64,000 nucleotides of DNA, taken from the IMG/VR virus record IMGVR_UViG_3300045996_002278; one strand, given 5' to 3'. Positions 9,440-17,875 of the stretch are shown here, in pieces. The position numbers and the translations under genes are program-made. The stretch's first letter is position 1; every line of letters starts with the position of its first letter. The DNA is from an uncultured virus (IMG/VR IMGVR_UViG_3300045996_002278) (Duplodnaviria > Heunggongvirae > Uroviricota > Caudoviricetes). The notes below the pieces were generated by a model. That model worked only from the letters and a program-made list of their open reading frames with translations, did no database searches and was not told the origin of the DNA.

Positions 9440-10360
9440 CTACTCCTGCATGAAGGGTGCCTTCGTTGGCCCCTGAAGGGCCTGGGCCAGGGGGTATTCC
9501 TCCCCGGTCCGGAACCGGCGCCAATACGCCGGGTGCTCGAGGGCCGCGTAGGGAACTCGGGCCACCTTCTCGCACCACTCCGCCGCCACCTTGCCCAAGG
9601 CCACTACGTGGGCCGGGTCCAACAGGTCCATGAAGCCCGGGTGACACTCCGCGTCGGTCAGGTAGTCCCGGGCATTGATCCAGTACAGGGAGCGTTCGGG
9701 ATAGCCGACTCGCTCCAGCTCGTTGGTCAGCCACCAGCTCCCACCCTGCTCGAACTGCACGAATGGAAGCTTCGGCCCCTTGAGGTTGTCGTTGATCCGT
9801 TCCCCGACCATCAGGGTGACACCGCGGCGGAACGCGCCAATCCCTGGTCCCTCGTTCGGTGGCGGCCGGCGTACCTCGATCCGCTCCCGAACCTTTACCG
9901 CCTTCGATCCGACCGTGTAGTCCCAGTAGAGCTTGGGCAGGTCGGTCTGGAAGTGCCGGTAGCCGTCGTAGACCTGACGGTACCAGTCCTGATCCACCAC
10001 GTACTCACCACCCGCCAGGTTCCGCCGCGCCCAGTTCTCCTCTGCGATCTCATACCGAGCCAGGCAGATAAGAAGGACCGTGGACCGGGACAGGAGGTAA
10101 CGGTCCATCATCCGCTGGCGCGCCCGGTCGAACCAGGTTGGCCGTTGAAACAGGGGACCGTAGATCATCTCCGACGGGTAGAGCCGATCAAGCACCGCAT
10201 TCTCCGGCGTCTTTTGCAGACCTTCGAAGAACTTGAAGAACATGTTCTCCTGCGGGAAGTCCGGTGGACCCCACTTCACGTAGTGCAGATCCTGGAACGC
10301 CGGGGTCTGGCACAAGGTGGTCTTCCCACAGCCATCGGGTCCTTCAACCAGCGTAAGCAT
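9440..10360 (-). CDS. dNMP-kinase-like P-loop domain fused to a uracil-DNA-glycosylase-superfamily domain
   Basis: N-terminal VEGPDGCGKTT and LDR..PSE.IYG; C-terminal LMVGE, PF, WINA, VVALGKVA, HPAYWRRF. Confidence 0.8.
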   Translation of the reverse strand: MLTLVEGPDGCGKTTLCQTPAFQDLHYVKWGPPDFPQENMFFKFFEGLQKTPENAVLDRLYPSEMIYGPLFQRPTWFDRARQRMMDRYLLSRSTVLLICLARYEIAEENWARRNLAGGEYVVDQDWYRQVYDGYRHFQTDLPKLYWDYTVGSKAVKVRERIEVRRPPPNEGPGIGAFRRGVTLMVGERINDNLKGPKLPFVQFEQGGSWWLTNELERVGYPERSLYWINARDYLTDAECHPGFMDLLDPAHVVALGKVAAEWCEKVARVPYAALEHPAYWRRFRTGEEYPLAQALQGPTKAPFMQE

Positions 10361-10503
10361 GGTACTCCTTCTCCGTGGAAGGACTCGGTAATGCGACCAG
10401 CAATGCATGGAAACAGTCATTGAATCGACTGCCCTCGAGAATCATCATCCGGCCTTCAGGATCTACCGAACGGGGCCGAAAGCCGGTGTTCCGCTTCAGG
10501 TAC

Positions 10504-11247
10504 TCAGCGATCGCCGCCCGGGATGTTGGCGCCTGGATGCACGCCATCTTCCGGGGATACCCCTGGATCTCCAGCCACAGGTCCCACTTCTGTGGGGGTG
10601 TGACAGACCGCCACCTTGTGACCCTCGAACGAAGCCCGCTGAGCAGCAAATAGAATCCGGTGTAGGTCAGGAGGTTGCCAACCAGCCGGCTTAACCACGT
10701 CGAGCTTGTTCTTACGGATGGATTCCTCGTGCGACTGGACCCGAATCTTAGCCATGTTGGCATTCTGCACCTCATCCCATCCCAGTTGCCAGGGGAGTCC
10801 CATCATTGCCGCCGTACCGTGTGCGAAGTACACGAGGTCAATCAGGCTATCGAACACACCGGCCATATCACCGTTTCGTGCGTGGTCCACCATCTCGCGA
10901 AGCTCTTCCACCATCATCTGGATACGACCATAGAACTGATCATCCTGGTAGAAGGCACGCAGACCAAGGAGTTCGTCCTCAGCTCCCTTCAACAGGCTCC
11001 AGGCCGATAGTGCCTGGACCGCCTCGTGGGCGCCGGGCAGCAGCCGAGGAAACTCGGCGACCGGCAACCCGAACTTCTTCTGGAACGCCACCACGTCGTC
11101 AAAGTTAGACGGGGCGTGGGGCAGGTCATCCCCATTCCCGTACAACACGAACGCCGGCTCATGAATGACTTCGCCGGTCGCGTCCTCGACGGTCAGGTGT
11201 GGACGTGTCTCTTCCACCGGGTCTCTCCTTATGCTTGAGGTGTCCAA
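10504..11247 (-). CDS. MazG-like / PRA-PH all-alpha NTP pyrophosphohydrolase
   Basis: DVVAFQKKF, EELREM, DSLIDLVYFAHG, WDEVQNANMAK, KPAGWQPPD. Confidence 0.85.
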   Translation of the reverse strand: MDTSSIRRDPVEETRPHLTVEDATGEVIHEPAFVLYGNGDDLPHAPSNFDDVVAFQKKFGLPVAEFPRLLPGAHEAVQALSAWSLLKGAEDELLGLRAFYQDDQFYGRIQMMVEELREMVDHARNGDMAGVFDSLIDLVYFAHGTAAMMGLPWQLGWDEVQNANMAKIRVQSHEESIRKNKLDVVKPAGWQPPDLHRILFAAQRASFEGHKVAVCHTPTEVGPVAGDPGVSPEDGVHPGANIPGGDR

Positions 11248-11371
11248 GGCCGTGTCGCTCGATCATGTAAAACACCGTCCTGAGAGACAGCCCCAGCACC
11301 CGGGCCATCTCTCGCCGGCTATGGGTCTGCAGAATCACCTGGGACAGCAGCAGCTTTTCCACCTCCCACAT
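11159..11371 (-). CDS. Fis-like helix-turn-helix protein
   Basis: EKLLLSQVILQTHSRREMARVLGLSLRTVFYMIERHGL. Confidence 0.6.
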   Translation of the reverse strand: MWEVEKLLLSQVILQTHSRREMARVLGLSLRTVFYMIERHGLGHLKHKERPGGRDTSTPDRRGRDRRSHS

Positions 11372-11397
11372 GATCTCTCGGTAGCCGCCAAAGGCGG

Positions 11398-12366
11398 TCA
11401 GTCCGGCCGGCAGATCCATATGTTGTTGCGGCTGTGATCCGGGTACAACGGCGCGAGGAAGGTCGACATCACCTCGTTCCCGTAGTACGCCTGCAAAGCG
11501 GTGAATGTTGACAAATGCTCCGGCGTCAACTGCTTCTTGAGAACGTTGACGGAGGCGAAGGTTCCGAAACGCCGTTCGACGGCCCATCCGTTGCCCTCCA
11601 GGGTTGACTGCAACTCAGGGATCGTGTACTCGTGAATGTGGTTCCGGGCACGGAACCCATCGAACACCGGGGTAGACAGCATCAGGACCCCGGACGGCTG
11701 CCCCAACGCCCTGTTCGGCGCCATGTTGATCAGGGCACGCATCGCCTGAAGAAGCCGGATACCGTCTGCCACGCTCATGTGCTCGATCACCTCGAAGCAG
11801 GTAATCAGCTCGAACGGGTAGCCCTCATCCTTCATCAGCTCCTCGTACCGCGAGGTGAGGTCGAACTCCTCATACAGCCCCACCATCGCCCGGCGGTTCT
11901 TGGTCTTGATCCGGTTCATGTCCACGCCAACGTAACGACCGGGGTAGTTGGCGTTGATGCCACCGATTAGCGCCTTGTAGAGCGGAATCTCAGGACCGCA
12001 GCCCACATCAAGAACAGAAGTAACGTCCCTGTTAATGACGTGGCGCGTCGCAAAACCCCAACGAAAGAAGTGCGAAGCGTAATCGCGGTGGACGATCTCT
12101 CCATGGAAATCCTCCGTGAGGTAGGTCTGGTCGAACCGCCGCGGCTCCCGGTCTTCCTTCCGCTTAGATCGGGCCTTCTGTTCCGGGGGAAGCACCTGGA
12201 GGTTATGGCCGGCCGACACCACAAGCTCTGGCGCGGTAATCTGGCCGATCTCCTCAGCCGCTTTCTCCGGGCTCTTCTTCTTTTTCTTCTTCGACTTCTT
12301 TACGGGAGGGTTTTCCTCCAGACCCTCCGCGTACGTATCGGTGTGGTACTCGGCAGCTTCACCCAT
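11398..12366 (-). CDS. class I SAM-dependent methyltransferase
   Basis: VLDVGCG, YVGVD, ITCFEVIEHM, LMLSTP, HIHEYT; Lys-rich N-terminal extension. Confidence 0.85.
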   Translation of the reverse strand: MGEAAEYHTDTYAEGLEENPPVKKSKKKKKKSPEKAAEEIGQITAPELVVSAGHNLQVLPPEQKARSKRKEDREPRRFDQTYLTEDFHGEIVHRDYASHFFRWGFATRHVINRDVTSVLDVGCGPEIPLYKALIGGINANYPGRYVGVDMNRIKTKNRRAMVGLYEEFDLTSRYEELMKDEGYPFELITCFEVIEHMSVADGIRLLQAMRALINMAPNRALGQPSGVLMLSTPVFDGFRARNHIHEYTIPELQSTLEGNGWAVERRFGTFASVNVLKKQLTPEHLSTFTALQAYYGNEVMSTFLAPLYPDHSRNNIWICRPD

Positions 12367-13457
12367 TATGCGGTCTTCCTCCCGTAGACGCCCCCGAGAA
12401 GATTCACGACGTAGAGCCGGGGCTCGGGCTCAGGAACGTTCGCGTCCAGGGCGGCCCTTACCTGCGAGGCGAGCCACTTCCCGACAGGCGGTAACACAGC
12501 CCTGGCGATCTGGGCATAGCAGACAGTAACCTTCCCCTGGAACTCGTAATCGTACGGATAGCCACAGAGAAGCTGCTGTTCCTTGATCGACAGGTGGCGG
12601 ATCTCGGTCGGGTGGTATAGGTGCTGCCCTCCCGTCACGGTTGGACTGTGCTTGTCGAAGTGGACCCGGGCGTGAAGGAATCCGGGGCGGGTGAACCGAT
12701 ACCCCTGGACCGACAGCTTGACATTCTTCGCGTACTCGGACTCCTCCCACATCTCCATCAGCTTTCCACCACCCCGGGGCGCGGGGTTCTGCTCCAGGAG
12801 AGAGGCGATGACCTTGCTGATGTTTCCATGCGGGCCGATTGGCTTACCCTCCATGGGCTTCCAAGCATCTGAAACCGTCATGTAGGGCTCGTCGGGCGGG
12901 GTGATCGGCAGCGCCACCCGGTGGGCCAGGAAAAAGAACCGCTTCCGCGGCTGGGCAAGTCCGCACTTCTGACCGTTGAGAATCAGGTGGGTGACCGAGT
13001 ACCCGTTCGCCAGACAGAAGGCCGTCTTGTCGTCGACGAACTGCTTGCCGGCCGTGTAGGCACGAGCCACCGACTCCCAGGTGAACGCCTTCGGCTGCAG
13101 CTCGAGCAACAGCTCGAACAGCCGGTCCGTGCACTTGGTCCGTTCATCCGACAGGTACCGGCCCTTGTTGTGGTCTACCGTCGCGTCCTTGCCCAGGGTC
13201 GGCTTGTGGCCGGCCGTAGACCAGGGGGCGCACGGCGGGTTGCCATACAGCCAGTCCACCGAGCCAGCGGTCTGCTGGATCGGCCAGTTCTCCTGCCCCA
13301 CGAACACGGGGAGGTCCGGCATGTTGTGGCGTACGGTGGGAACCCCGAACGGGCCTTCCTCGAAATGCGCGAGCACCTGGAAATGCTCTCGCACTCCCAG
13401 GGTGAACCCTCCGGCGAAGATATATGCGCCGAGGGCGGTGGGTTGACTCTCCGTCAT
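12366..13457 (-). CDS. DNA cytosine-C5 methyltransferase homolog with atypical cofactor motifs
   Basis: Motif IV GNPPC and motif VIII QPRKR intact; motif I YIFAGG, motif VI ESV and motif X QIARAV diverged. Confidence 0.85.
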   Translation of the reverse strand: MTESQPTALGAYIFAGGFTLGVREHFQVLAHFEEGPFGVPTVRHNMPDLPVFVGQENWPIQQTAGSVDWLYGNPPCAPWSTAGHKPTLGKDATVDHNKGRYLSDERTKCTDRLFELLLELQPKAFTWESVARAYTAGKQFVDDKTAFCLANGYSVTHLILNGQKCGLAQPRKRFFFLAHRVALPITPPDEPYMTVSDAWKPMEGKPIGPHGNISKVIASLLEQNPAPRGGGKLMEMWEESEYAKNVKLSVQGYRFTRPGFLHARVHFDKHSPTVTGGQHLYHPTEIRHLSIKEQQLLCGYPYDYEFQGKVTVCYAQIARAVLPPVGKWLASQVRAALDANVPEPEPRLYVVNLLGGVYGRKTA

Positions 13458-13476
13458 CTGTCTCCTCAGGGTAGGC

Positions 13477-13696
13477 TTACTTGAACTTCTTCTTCAACTC
13501 TTCTTTCAACTCCTCCGGGTACGGCAAGTTCACAAGGATATAGTCACGTTCGTCCTTGCGGATAGCATCATCCAAGTTGCTGAGAATCTTGTCGACCTTG
13601 GCACACTCCTTACAGTCCTCGAGCGTACACCGGTGGTGTATCTGGAGGAAGGCGATCCTGGCGCTCCGGAGCTTGGCCTTGGTCTTCTTGCTCATT
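13477..13696 (-). CDS. hypothetical protein with H/C cluster
   Basis: MSKKTKAK...HHRCTLEDCKEC; the start may lie further upstream. Confidence 0.55.
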
Positions 13697-13767
13697 GCCT
13701 TCTTTCCACAGCCACAGTCTGTAGCCGTCCGCGATAGCGTTACGGTCAATACCCTTCTTGTATCGCC

Positions 13768-13956
13768 TCACGGCTTCTTGATCGGGGTCACGTTAATGCA
13801 GACCTGGCAGCGACCAGCCGTGGCATGTTCCTCACACACGAACCGGTGGCAGGTGTTACATTGCTGGGCCTGGTTGATGCATCCGTATACTAAGCAGCTG
13901 GTCATGTAGCGGCCGTCCCCTAAGGAAATTGGCTGTCTTGAACTATCGTCCTTCAA
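13768..13956 (-). CDS. small Cys-rich zinc-finger protein
   Basis: CLVYGC...CNTC...VCEEH...CQVC. Confidence 0.6.
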   Translation of the reverse strand: MKDDSSRQPISLGDGRYMTSCLVYGCINQAQQCNTCHRFVCEEHATAGRCQVCINVTPIKKP

Positions 13957-13989
13957 TTATCCCCCTACATCAACCCCATCGTTAAAGGG

Positions 13990-14480
13990 TGGGCGGGGAT
14001 GACCGCTACTGACCCGCAAACCCGGTAGACGCCTAGCAGGATAATAAGCGCAGCCAGCGCCTCTTTCTGAGGTTCCCTGATCACGTCCTTCCCCACTTCG
14101 CCGCGTTTGAATCCTGCATCATGGGCTGTGTCAGGCCTCGCATATCTGGAGCTGGGGTCTCGCAACCCTCTATTTCCCACGGAAGAGCCCAGGGTATGTA
14201 ATCCTGGGGTGCCTAACGCTGGCGATTCCGTGGCAAGCCGCCTGCACGCACCAAGTAGGCGTTAGTCTACTCGGCCCTTAACTATTCGCGGGCTCCATTT
14301 TAGTTTGGGGTAGTGGCGATCCCTGTTAGTTAGATCGCTCCTCGCTGGGCTATCCTAGGTCACCAGCGGACCGGCAGCACACACGGCCGGACACGTTTGG
14401 GCCAATTGGTGGACATAGGTAGTTAGCCACTAGTCGCTCACACCTACACCAACGCCTTTTACGGCGCCTCACTACCCCAA
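13990..14480 (-). ncRNA. candidate large structured ncRNA (three closed multi-hairpin domains)
   Basis: No credible ORF. Closing helices 14470-14480/14305-14315 (11 bp) and 14292-14297/14147-14152; many internal hairpins; a 7-bp pseudoknot. Confidence 0.6.
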
Positions 14481-14481
14481 G

Positions 14482-14606
14482 GGGCCAGAGCAGGAATCGA
14501 ACCTGCGACCTCCGCCTACTACTCCCGCGATCTTCTCGTCTGCAGCAAGAGCAAGAATGTACCCTGCGGTTTCGGGCGGTGCTCTCCCAGCTGAGCTATC
14601 TGACCC
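14482..14606 (-). tRNA. tRNA-like gene with a 58-nt insertion replacing the anticodon loop
   Basis: Acceptor GGTCAGA/TCTGGCC; D arm TAGCTCAGCTGGGAGAGC; anticodon stem CCGCC/GGCGG; variable AGGTC; T arm GCAGG-TTCGATT-CCTGC. Confidence 0.8.
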
Positions 14607-14680
14607 AAGACCTACGTACGCCAGAACCCGTCGAACTGACGTACGTAGGTAAACCTACCCACGGAGAAACGGGTAGGGTA

Positions 14681-15319
14681 TTACTCGGTCTCGGCCGCTT
14701 CCTCCTTCTTCACCTTCTTCTTACGGCCGCCCTCCTTGATCTCGCCGGCGTCGACGAGCTTCTTGCGGTAATACGCGATATGCCGCTCATCCGCGTTGGA
14801 GGTCGAGACCTTCTCCTTCACCTGCTTGAGGATGACTTCATCGGAGAACCCGCGCCGCAGGCCGTTCCGAATCACGTCAGCCGCGGTCACCCGCTGAGTC
14901 TTCTCCCCCTTCTCCTTCTTACCGCTGGTGCTCCGCTGCTTGCGAGTCGCGGTTCCGGACGCCATACCTTCCCCTCCTGAAGTTTGCGGATCGGCCTTGA
15001 GCATCGCGTCGTACGCGGCCAGGACCTTCTCCGGTGGTTCCTCGCCCTTCAGATCGCGATACCAGGCGAGTTGGACAGTGGCCTGGACGATCTTCTTCAT
15101 CGAAGACACGTCCCGGTCCACGGTGGACAGCGAGTTATACGCTTGGATGATGTCGGAGGTCGCCATCTTGCCGACCTCGTTGAACGTGGCCAGGATTCCA
15201 CGGCACAGGGTGAAGGTCACCCCTCCGATGGTCGTCGTGGCCAGGTGAGCCTTCGGGTCGTCGCCGTCCGTCGAGTTGTCTCGCGGCGCCTCCCCCTGCG
15301 GGCTTTCCTGCTCCGTCAT
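14681..15319 (-). CDS. hypothetical protein with basic C-terminal HTH-like domain
   Basis: Start MTEQESPQ after GGAG; TAADVIRNGLRRGFSDEVIL...AYYRKKL; Lys-rich. Confidence 0.7.
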   Translation of the reverse strand: MTEQESPQGEAPRDNSTDGDDPKAHLATTTIGGVTFTLCRGILATFNEVGKMATSDIIQAYNSLSTVDRDVSSMKKIVQATVQLAWYRDLKGEEPPEKVLAAYDAMLKADPQTSGGEGMASGTATRKQRSTSGKKEKGEKTQRVTAADVIRNGLRRGFSDEVILKQVKEKVSTSNADERHIAYYRKKLVDAGEIKEGGRKKKVKKEEAAETE

Positions 15320-15373
15320 GTGTGATTCTCCGTTCTTGTCGGTGATGGATGAAGATCCCATCTTGGTACCCCC

Positions 15374-15419
15374 AATATAGGTCTTTTCCTCTACATGTCC
15401 ATACTTTGGATTGTAACAA
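15374..15419 (-). promoter_or_regulatory. sigma70-like promoter with upstream TTGTWACAA palindrome
   Basis: TGGACA-16 nt-TATATT on the minus strand, preceded by ATTGTTACAATCCAAAGTA. Confidence 0.6.
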
Positions 15420-15467
15420 TCTGATTCTATCCAGCCTGCAGGAGTTAGGATTCTGCGCTGGAGAAGA

Positions 15468-16997
15468 TCAGAGACCCCAGAAGAGAGGGTTATGATACCC
15501 GACCAGCGTCAGGGACTCCTTCGCCCTGGTGACACCAACGTAGAACACGCGGCGTTCGACGTCAGGGAATCGGTCTAGCGACTCTCTGGTCTTTCGACTC
15601 ATGTCCGTGAGCAGGAGGACGTGATCTTCCTCCTCACCCTTGGCGCCGTGAATGGTAGACAGCCGGACCCGGGGTTGCTCGAACAGGGCCTTAGGTCCAT
15701 GGTACCGGATCACGTCTCGGAGGTACTGGATCTCCCGGTTGTCGATGCGGTCCAGGGCCATGTACCAGGGGACCTCGAGGCCGACCCCGATGACGTTCAG
15801 GAACTCATGCCCCGGGATCGTTCGGTGCTCCGCGGTCATCCCCTGGAGCTTTTGGCGAAGATTTCCCGGTACCCGGAGCATGGACAAACCTTTCAGCGCC
15901 GCCTTCAACTCCGTCCTGCCGAGGGGCTTGCCCGCCCTCGCTCGCTCCCACCACATAATGGCCTCGCCCCATTCGTGACCGGGACACGGCTTCTCGTGCA
16001 TCGAGTATGGTTGACCAATCGACTCGAGCCATCGTACCACCACCTTTGCCAGGTACCAGTTCCTGTAAAGGATCAACACCGTACCATCGGGAGGTAGGGT
16101 CGCGCGTTCGATCTCCATAATCTGGGTGAGTCTCCCAGCTACCTCCCTGGGCTGCCAGGATTTCGGCTGGCGCGTCTGGATCTTTGATGAGAGATAGTCG
16201 GCGACGTCGTACACGGCCCTGGACAACCGGTAGGAATGTCCCAAGACCTCCGACGTGCCCGTCAACTCTAAGAACGCCTCCGGGCTGGCGCCCGCCCACT
16301 CGTAGATGGCCTGGTCGTCGTCGCCCGCCACGTACAGTCGTTGCGCTGAGGTAGCGAAACGGTGCAAGGCTTGCCATTGTAAGCGGCTCAGGTCTTGGGC
16401 CTCGTCCACGATCACCACGTCCACCGGCAACTCCATCTGTCCCTGCTCGAGGAGGTCGGTGAAGTCCAACATCTCCTCTCCACTCCGCCAATCCTGGTAG
16501 GCTTGGCAGAATCTCTTCACCTCCCATTGGGTCAGGTCCTCCGGCCAGTGTTGGTAAGCCTCTTCCACGGTCATTAGATTATGGCGGCGGTAGTGGTCAA
16601 AGGCCAGAAGCTTATCGCCCTTTTCCGCTCCGCCACCAAGTATTAGCCCTGATTCTTCCTCCCTATCCGACGTGAAGCGCCCGGGACTGAACTGGTATCC
16701 CAACAGCTCCCCCAGGGGACGCAGGGTGTCCGCGCCCTTCAGGAGGGATTCCCCTGGTATTCGTAGGGTCTGGAACGCGATCGAATGCAGGGTCCTGAAA
16801 AACGGAAGTTGCTCGGGTGTCAGGTTGAACTTGGCTATCGCGCGGGACTTCGCTTCCCGGCGGGCTGCCACTGTAAACGTCAGGTAGGCGAGCCTCTCCG
16901 GGGCGACGCCGTTCTGAATCTCCTGCTCCATGATCTGAAGGAGGCGGCTCGTCTTTCCCGTGCCGGGTGGCCCAAAGATTTTGTGCGTCTGCATCAA
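15468..16997 (-). CDS. SF1 UvrD/Rep-like DNA helicase
   Basis: GPPGTGKT, RTLHS, VDEAQD, AGDDDQAIY, SYRL, STIHGAKGEE, YVGVTRAK. Confidence 0.93.
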   Translation of the reverse strand: MMQTHKIFGPPGTGKTSRLLQIMEQEIQNGVAPERLAYLTFTVAARREAKSRAIAKFNLTPEQLPFFRTLHSIAFQTLRIPGESLLKGADTLRPLGELLGYQFSPGRFTSDREEESGLILGGGAEKGDKLLAFDHYRRHNLMTVEEAYQHWPEDLTQWEVKRFCQAYQDWRSGEEMLDFTDLLEQGQMELPVDVVIVDEAQDLSRLQWQALHRFATSAQRLYVAGDDDQAIYEWAGASPEAFLELTGTSEVLGHSYRLSRAVYDVADYLSSKIQTRQPKSWQPREVAGRLTQIMEIERATLPPDGTVLILYRNWYLAKVVVRWLESIGQPYSMHEKPCPGHEWGEAIMWWERARAGKPLGRTELKAALKGLSMLRVPGNLRQKLQGMTAEHRTIPGHEFLNVIGVGLEVPWYMALDRIDNREIQYLRDVIRYHGPKALFEQPRVRLSTIHGAKGEEEDHVLLLTDMSRKTRESLDRFPDVERRVFYVGVTRAKESLTLVGYHNPLFWGL

Positions 16998-17137
16998 CTC
17001 GTATCCCTAAATCATAGAGAATGTGGGCGAACTCGCCAAGGTTCTCCTGAACCACCAGGCGAATGTTCTGGTGCTTGATCCGATAGATGTCACACCCGAG
17101 GCCGACCATAGCGGCTAGGGCGATCCGCTCCTGTTGT

Positions 17138-17449
17138 TCACGCGGGCTGCGGTTCATCGGGAATCTTACCTCGGAGCTCCTGTACGGCTCCAAGCTGGGC
17201 CTTGATTAGGTCGTAAGCATGGAGGGACTTCTGGATTTTGTCGATATGGGCTACGGCAGTAGCTCGAGCCGTCATCTCATTCTTGTCCACCTTAATCGTG
17301 CTCGCGGCAAGATCGAGTTCCGCCTGATAAACCAACATCTTCAGCGCCGTCTCTAGAACATCAAGGTCCAGACCATCCAGGGCCTTGAAGTCCGGTAGAG
17401 TATCGAGGTGGCCACCGGGAAAGCGAAGTATCTTCTTACGTTGACTCAT
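17138..17449 (-). CDS. hypothetical protein
   Basis: 103-aa ORF with 4-nt overlap. Confidence 0.6.
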   Translation of the reverse strand: MSQRKKILRFPGGHLDTLPDFKALDGLDLDVLETALKMLVYQAELDLAASTIKVDKNEMTARATAVAHIDKIQKSLHAYDLIKAQLGAVQELRGKIPDEPQPA

Positions 17450-17551
17450 GGTTCCCTTAGGGTTGCGATCTCCTGGTACAGAAGATCTGATCCACGTTGA
17501 TCTCCCTGCTCCTCCAACCAGACGGCGATAGCAAGCAGGGCACCAATGACG

Positions 17552-17875
17552 TCACGCCGTAGGCTGAAGTAACTCCCCAGGCGGAGGGTCAGTTTCAATG
17601 GTGGTTCGGGTCGTTGTTCCATCTGGCCGCCTGATTGACATGGTGAATCGTGGATGGATCTGTGCCCAGATACGTACCGAGATCGGCCGCCAGGAATCTT
17701 CTCCCTGCCACGTATGGAACGCGACCGATCCCTCAATCCCAATGTGATGAACCCGCCACTGCTTGATCAGCTTGTTCTCCTCATCCTTGTAGGAGACAAT
17801 GATCGCCGGGTCATCCTTGCAGTTTACCTCATTCCGGTCAAGGATAGACCGGCCAATGCTGACGTAGTACGGCAT
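17552..17875 (-). CDS. hypothetical protein
   Basis: Start re-called at MPYYVSIGR, TGATG coupling to thyX. Confidence 0.55.
   Translation of the reverse strand: MPYYVSIGRSILDRNEVNCKDDPAIIVSYKDEENKLIKQWRVHHIGIEGSVAFHTWQGEDSWRPISVRIWAQIHPRFTMSIRRPDGTTTRTTIETDPPPGELLQPTA

Noticed and set aside
13965..14180. 71-aa ORF
   Set aside because: No clear RBS or recognisable motif, and it coincides with dense RNA helices; treated as non-coding.
14517..14574. Canonical BHB intron, group I intron or hammerhead ribozyme in the tRNA
   Set aside because: BHB-style cuts around CCGC/GCGG would leave a ~17-nt loop, the insert is far too short for group I, and there is no CUGAUGA core.
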